Shown piece by piece: positions 60,370 to 64,000 of a stretch of 64,000 nucleotides of DNA. This DNA comes from Mobula birostris. Taxonomy: Eukaryota. Below the pieces are notes generated by a model, which was not told where the DNA came from, ran no database searches, and was given only the letters and a program-made list of their open reading frames with translations. The stretch covers positions 25,145,223 through 25,209,222 of the forward strand of contig NC_092391.1 in the NCBI RefSeq assembly GCF_030028105.1. Reading direction: 5' to 3'. Every line of letters begins with the position of its first letter. The first letter of the stretch is position 1. The position numbers and the translations under genes were made by a program.

Positions 60370-60990
60370 AGTTCAAATAAGTTTTTGATTCAAAGGCCAC
60401 TCCATTTTCCTCATCAGAACTTTTAATCAGATCTATTCCATATTTATCACCTCTGTTCTCAATACCTTGCCTCCTACCTAGTACAAAGATAGGGTTCTCC
60501 TCTTTAATGTTTCATGGATCATCCTCTATAATTTGAGCTATCTTCTCTCCTGTCTACGCTATCCAAAAGAGGCTGTTCCTCCACAATGCTCTGGCTCAAC
60601 TCCAAACCTGCTTCTGCTCCAGAGCATCCTGTCTTTTTACATCTTCCCTTCCGCCATTCAGGGATCCAAACAGGAACTAGCGGGGGTGGGGGGGGGGGTG
60701 TTGCTGTGGTCGGCATGGACCAGGTGAAGTAATAGCCCAATAATACCTCTTCCAGTTTAGTATGTTGCATTTGGTATTCACAGTGCAGCCTTCTCTACCG
60801 AAGGCCACAGAGTAGTGAGGTCATGTATCATAGAAACACATTCTTCAGTTCCATGCTGACCTTCAGTCACCCACTTACAGTAATCTTACGAGTCCTGACG
60901 AAGGGTCTCCGCTCGAAATGTCGAGTGTACCTCTTCCTATAGATGCTGCCTGGCCTGCTGCGTTCACCAGCACTTTTTGTGTGTGTTACT
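60370..60990 (+). mobile_element. Penelope remnant plus pLTR with hammerhead-like core (60892-60925)
   Basis: SSSLVCCIWYSQCSLLY resembles a decayed GIY-YIG N-terminal part; gtc-CTGACGA-agggtctccgctc-GAAA-tgtcgag followed by the shared gatgctgcctggcctgctgcgttcaccagca. Confidence 0.65.
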
Positions 60991-61379
60991 CCCATTATAT
61001 TCTCCCCCCCCCCCCATTCCCATCAGCTCATAGATTCTACTCTTCAACTACACTAGGGACAATTTACAATGGAAAATTAATCTTCCAGTCAGCATCTTGG
61101 ATCAGGTCACTAGGTCTTTGAGGAGAGAAAGAGGAGTTTTAGATCTTGGAGCGGACTCACAGCTGGAGGCTGGAGGGAATTTTCTGGTTACAGTTATTTG
61201 AACGTTGGAAACATTAAAAACACTGAATACAATTGTTGGTAGAAATACATAATAAAAACCGATAATGTTGTAAATTCTTGGCTTTAGTGGAAAGAGAATT
61301 AGAGTTCACATTTAAGGCGAAGCGCCTTTTACATTCAAACACAGCCTGATCTACTAAGTATTTACAGCATTTTCCGTTT

Positions 61380-61690
61380 ACTTCACCCGAATGAAAGTCG
61401 CGTTGACAAGTCTTTTACCTTATGTTTTCCAGGCAGAAAACTTCAACAACACACTCACCTGCTGGGGAAAGGAAAGGGGACTATTCTTCTAAAAGAACTA
61501 GCTACAAGATGTAGTCCTGGGTTTATTTGACCGCCTGTCTTTAACTTGTTCGCTGCTATTACTGCAAGTTGGGTCTCCTCGGGGAATGTGAAGAATTCTG
61601 CCTCGATTGGTATCAGAAAAGAGCCGGGTTGGATTCTCGGAACCGGATTGAAATGTTTCGACAGGTGATCGGGATATAATTCTGAATCGA
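61380..61690. promoter_or_regulatory. Putative promoter and non-coding first exon of the uncharacterised gene
   Basis: CpG-enriched patch; strong - strand donor CAG|gtgagt at 61459/61458 with an in-frame stop upstream. Confidence 0.5.
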
Positions 61691-62329
61691 CTTTAAAAAA
61701 ATGATTAGATTGCTGTCAATATAAACGTTGTAAGTACCAGACCAGATTAATTGGGGTTATGGTTGCTTCAGTGATATAAAATCCCTCCAGAACTCCCCCT
61801 AAATTCTGTAAACTTCTTAGGACCGACAAACCATCAGTTCAGGCCTTGAGCAGACACCATTATTAGGAACAGTACGTTTTCCTGGACCTAAACCTGGGAA
61901 TTCCCTCCCTTACTTCTTATGTCTCTTACTTTCTTCTTCTCTCTTTCCCCACCCAATTTCTTTTATAACACTGATTTAGATCATGCACTTTATCAAGATT
62001 TCAGTCTATCCTTTGTATCTTCCTTGATTCTGTATCATATTTTTGAGTAAGCTCGTGTGCAGCATCTGAGAAAGTGTTACTACTGAACCATTACATTAAA
62101 GCCGATGTTGAATAGCTATTTCGTAATAGCTGAGTATTACGGAATGTTAACATTTACTGAATCCTCATCATACCTCATTTTACCTGTATGTTGATTAGAA
62201 CATATACCTTGTCCGAGGTCGATGGGGCAGGTTCTGGCCCATTGCAATTAAAATTATATTCATTACCACAAGGAAAGCACTTTAGATCAATTTAAGTACC
62301 AGCGGTCAGTGTTGAAAACTCTGTTATTC

Positions 62330-63258
62330 ATTATGGATGCAAATAATTTGGATGTGGCACATTTAGCAAGTTTGTTGATGATATTAAATCAGGGGGTGGT
62401 TGATAGTGAAACAGGTTACAGTGAATTGCAAAGAGATCTTGATAAGTTCAGGGGATGGGCAAATGGATTTCAACTGAGATAACTGTGAGGCGGTGCCTTT
62501 TGGACATTCACCTATACAGTGACTAGCAGGGCACTGCCAAGTGCTGTGGAACAGCAGGGCCTGGGAGTACAAGTGTGCAGTTCTCTGAAAGCAGGCGTGC
62601 AAGCTGACAGGATGTTGAAGAAAGCACTGAACATACTGGACTACATCAGTCAGGGCATCTGTTCCGGAATTGGGACATTATATTGCAGTTATACAAGTCA
62701 TTGGTGAGCCTACACTTGGACACCTGTGTACAGTTTTGGTTGCCCTGTTATAGGAAAGACATTGTCAAGCTGGAGAGGGTGCAGAAGAGATTTTCCAAGG
62801 TGTCACCTGGACTAGGGGGCCTGAGATATAGGGAGAGATTGACTAGGCTGGATCATTATTCCCTGGAATGCAAGAAAATGAGGGACACCCTCATAGAAGT
62901 ATATACAATCATGAGGGGTATGGAGAAGGTGGGAGGTCATAGTCCTTTCCCTAGCATTGGGGAGTCCAAAACTAGAGAACACAGATACAAAAGTAAGAGC
63001 GGAGAGACTTAAAAAGACAGTCGAGAGCTAATGAATTTACACAGAGTACCTGGAATGAGCTGTAAGGTGGTGGTTGAGATAGGTACAATATAAGAGGTAT
63101 TTGGAAGCATATGTGGAGGGGAGGGGCCAAGTTCAAGCAACAGGGACTAGCAGGGAGGTTGCTGTGGTCAGTATGGACCAGTTGGGCTGAAGGGCCTGTT
63201 TCCATGCTGTATAGCTCTATGACATGATGACTCTATGATACGATGACACGATGACTCT
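62330..63258 (+). mobile_element. CR1 LINE 3' fragment with (atgactct)-type tail
   Basis: LYKSLVSLHLDTCVQFWLPCYRKDIVKLERVQKRFSK...; short tandem tail at ~63215-63258. Confidence 0.88.
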
Positions 63259-63747
63259 CCAAGTACCCTTGAAACCTACTCATCATTACTGTCTTCCCTA
63301 CAGCATAACAAGCAAAAAACAAACAAATTTCTACTACTCCTGGTGTTGCTTGAGTGATAAATATTGGCTGGATCATTAAGAAAAATTAACTGCACTTTTT
63401 GAATTATTGTCATTTATTTTTATAAACATTAGTCTCCTTGGGCAAGAGAAATGTAAAGATGACACCATTAACAGCACCACATCTCCTTACGGTCTGCTGT
63501 CCAAGAATATATACTTAGTTGGCAAGGATGAATGTACAACTGTTTTAGGATACTGATATTCCACTCTATAAGCAACCATAAAACTCAGATCAACAAAGAC
63601 ATACACAAACATTCTAACATCCACCTAATAATCTAAATCTGTAGGTTTTTTTTCCAGTTCATTCTACAACTACCAAAGGTTAAAATTCAGTGGTTTTCAA
63701 AATTGCTGAAGTCTAGTTTTGTGTTGTTTCATTTATATCTGTCTGAC

Positions 63748-64000
63748 ACAAGACCATAAGACACAGGAGCAGAATTAGGCCATTTGGTCCATCGAGTCTG
63801 CTCTGCCATTTCATCATGGCTTATTTATTATCTCTCTCAGGCCCATTCTCCTGCCTTCTCCCCATATCCTTTGAAGCTTATACTAATCAAGAACCTATCA
63901 ACCTCCACTTTAAACATACCAAAAGACTTAGCTGCCACAGCCGTCTGTGGCAATGATCACATCACCGTCTCTTCATCTCTATTCTAAAGGGATGTCCTTT
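63748..64000 (-). mobile_element. CR1 LINE 3' end (partial)
   Basis: caagaccataagacacaggagcagaattaggccatt is the reverse complement of the tail seen at 9610-9655. Confidence 0.8.

Overview
Eukaryotic, intron-rich vertebrate DNA; the repeat families suggest a cartilaginous fish (inference). Most ORF-track entries are noise or retroelement debris. I reconstructed four genes by hand from splice sites and reading phase. (1) The 5' part of a signal-peptide-bearing, cereblon-like CULT-domain gene on the - strand (<1..300), absent from the ORF track. (2) A complete 22-exon protein kinase N gene on the + strand (6960..43481, 950 aa, one GC-AG intron), assigned to PKN3 by synteny. (3) A complete 5-exon ZDHHC12 on the - strand (47920..54101, 276 aa) with a CAGCAGCAG tandem acceptor. 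(4) A 144-aa gene with three coding exons on the - strand (56477..60308) that I cannot assign to any family. Introns and intergenic DNA hold Rex1/Babar, CR1 and L1-clade LINEs, Penelope remnants, tRNA and Deu-type SINEs, and mariner, Tc1 and hAT MITEs. A dispersed Penelope-associated repeat carries a minimal hammerhead ribozyme core, including one young, TSD-flanked palindromic copy at 8543..8761.
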